From a virus (Duplodnaviria > Caudoviricetes), in the IMG/VR virus record IMGVR_UViG_3300037308_000440, positions 22,415 to 86,414 of that record: a stretch of DNA of 64,000 bases, one strand, 5' to 3'. Positions 63,593-64,000 of the stretch are shown piece after piece. How positions within the stretch are numbered: position 1 is the first letter of the stretch; the number at the start of each line of letters is the position of its first letter. Below the pieces are notes generated by a model, which was not told the origin of the DNA, did not search any database, and worked only from the letters and a program-made list of their open reading frames with translations. A program made the position numbers and the translations under genes.

Positions 63593-64000
63593 ATGTTAAA
63601 GAAAGAATCAAAGATTAGGGTATTAGAAAACTTCTATGCCATTGATTATGTTTTCTTTGGAAAACCTGTTTCGGAAGTTGAGTCATGCTGCCCTCTAGTT
63701 AGAGAAGAATATTTAACTATCAAAGGTGCTTTAATGTCTGTATTTATTGAGATGTTAAAGATGGTTGACCACCAACCAAAACCTTTGAAAGAATATGTTG
63801 ATTCAAATGCTTTGAGTTCTCTTGCAAAAGGAACTGCAAAGATTGCTAGAGAAGCTGCTCGTAAAATTATTGCTCTTCCACAATCAAGAAAGAACATCAA
63901 AGAAAGTGTTTCACAAGTTTTAGCAGAAGATAAGAAAGCAAATGTTTCAAAGTTGATTGAACAAAAAATTACTGAAAAAGCATTTGGTATTGCAGTTGAT
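63593..64000 (+). CDS. hypothetical protein (3'-truncated; not in track)
   Basis: GGAGG RBS; MLKKESKIRVLENFYAIDYVFFGK.. open to window end. Confidence 0.75.
   Translation, partial: MLKKESKIRVLENFYAIDYVFFGKPVSEVESCCPLVREEYLTIKGALMSVFIEMLKMVDHQPKPLKEYVDSNALSSLAKGTAKIAREAARKIIALPQSRKNIKESVSQVLAEDKKANVSKLIEQKITEKAFGIAVD

Noticed and set aside
1-64000. Genome-wide stop-codon reassignment
   Set aside because: Conserved genes are intact under code 11, and TAA, TAG and TGA all end genes at tight operon junctions
1-64000. CRISPR array, rRNA, introns or inteins
   Set aside because: No repeat-spacer array; the 39.4-kb repeats have no unique spacers of CRISPR length; RNR, UvsX, helicase and primase are compact and uninterrupted

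Overview
AT-rich (~30% GC by eye), gene-dense 64 kb segment of a large, probably jumbo, tailed dsDNA bacteriophage. All assignments come from motif recognition in the sequence; no database searches were run. It uses the standard genetic code and contains no rRNA and no CRISPR array. Layout: (1-7.5 kb, +) CCA-adding enzyme, RlaP-like nucleotidyltransferase, four tRNAs (Phe, His, Cys, Lys) alternating with small ORFs, a PgpH-like HD protein, acyl carrier protein, OmpA lipoprotein and LpxH-like phosphoesterase. (7.5-14.5 kb, -) GH108 endolysin, nucleotide-sugar accessory enzymes, and a nucleotide-pool cluster (DUF5664, dCMP deaminase, MazG, QueC-like). (15.6-40.4 kb, -) papain-like protease, split LigD ligase and polymerase, a 9-kb glycosylation locus, an actin-like ATPase, putative virion proteins and an origin-like repeat region. 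(40.5-64 kb, +) two lytic transglycosylases, a T4-like replisome (Dda, clamp loader, primase, clamp, 5' nuclease, RuvC, UvsX), putative capsid-internal proteins, LigD phosphoesterase, a Qng1/DUF2419 queuosine-nucleotide glycosylase, class II ribonucleotide reductase and KhpA. Gene content points to an anaerobic Gram-negative host (Desulfobacterota-like; inference). Most notable: (i) a candidate phage selenoprotein with an in-frame UGA at a Cys position followed by a bacterial-SECIS-like hairpin (53585-53890); (ii) 7-deazaguanine metabolism combining an apparently permuted QueC, a Qng1 homologue and dNTP-pool editors; (iii) a recurrent YLxx(I/L)QE tag on about 14 proteins, including enzymes and redox proteins, that looks like a capsid-loading/cleavage signal; (iv) the three LigD modules as stand-alone genes; (v) the large glycosylation locus; (vi) two phage-specific regulatory motifs.
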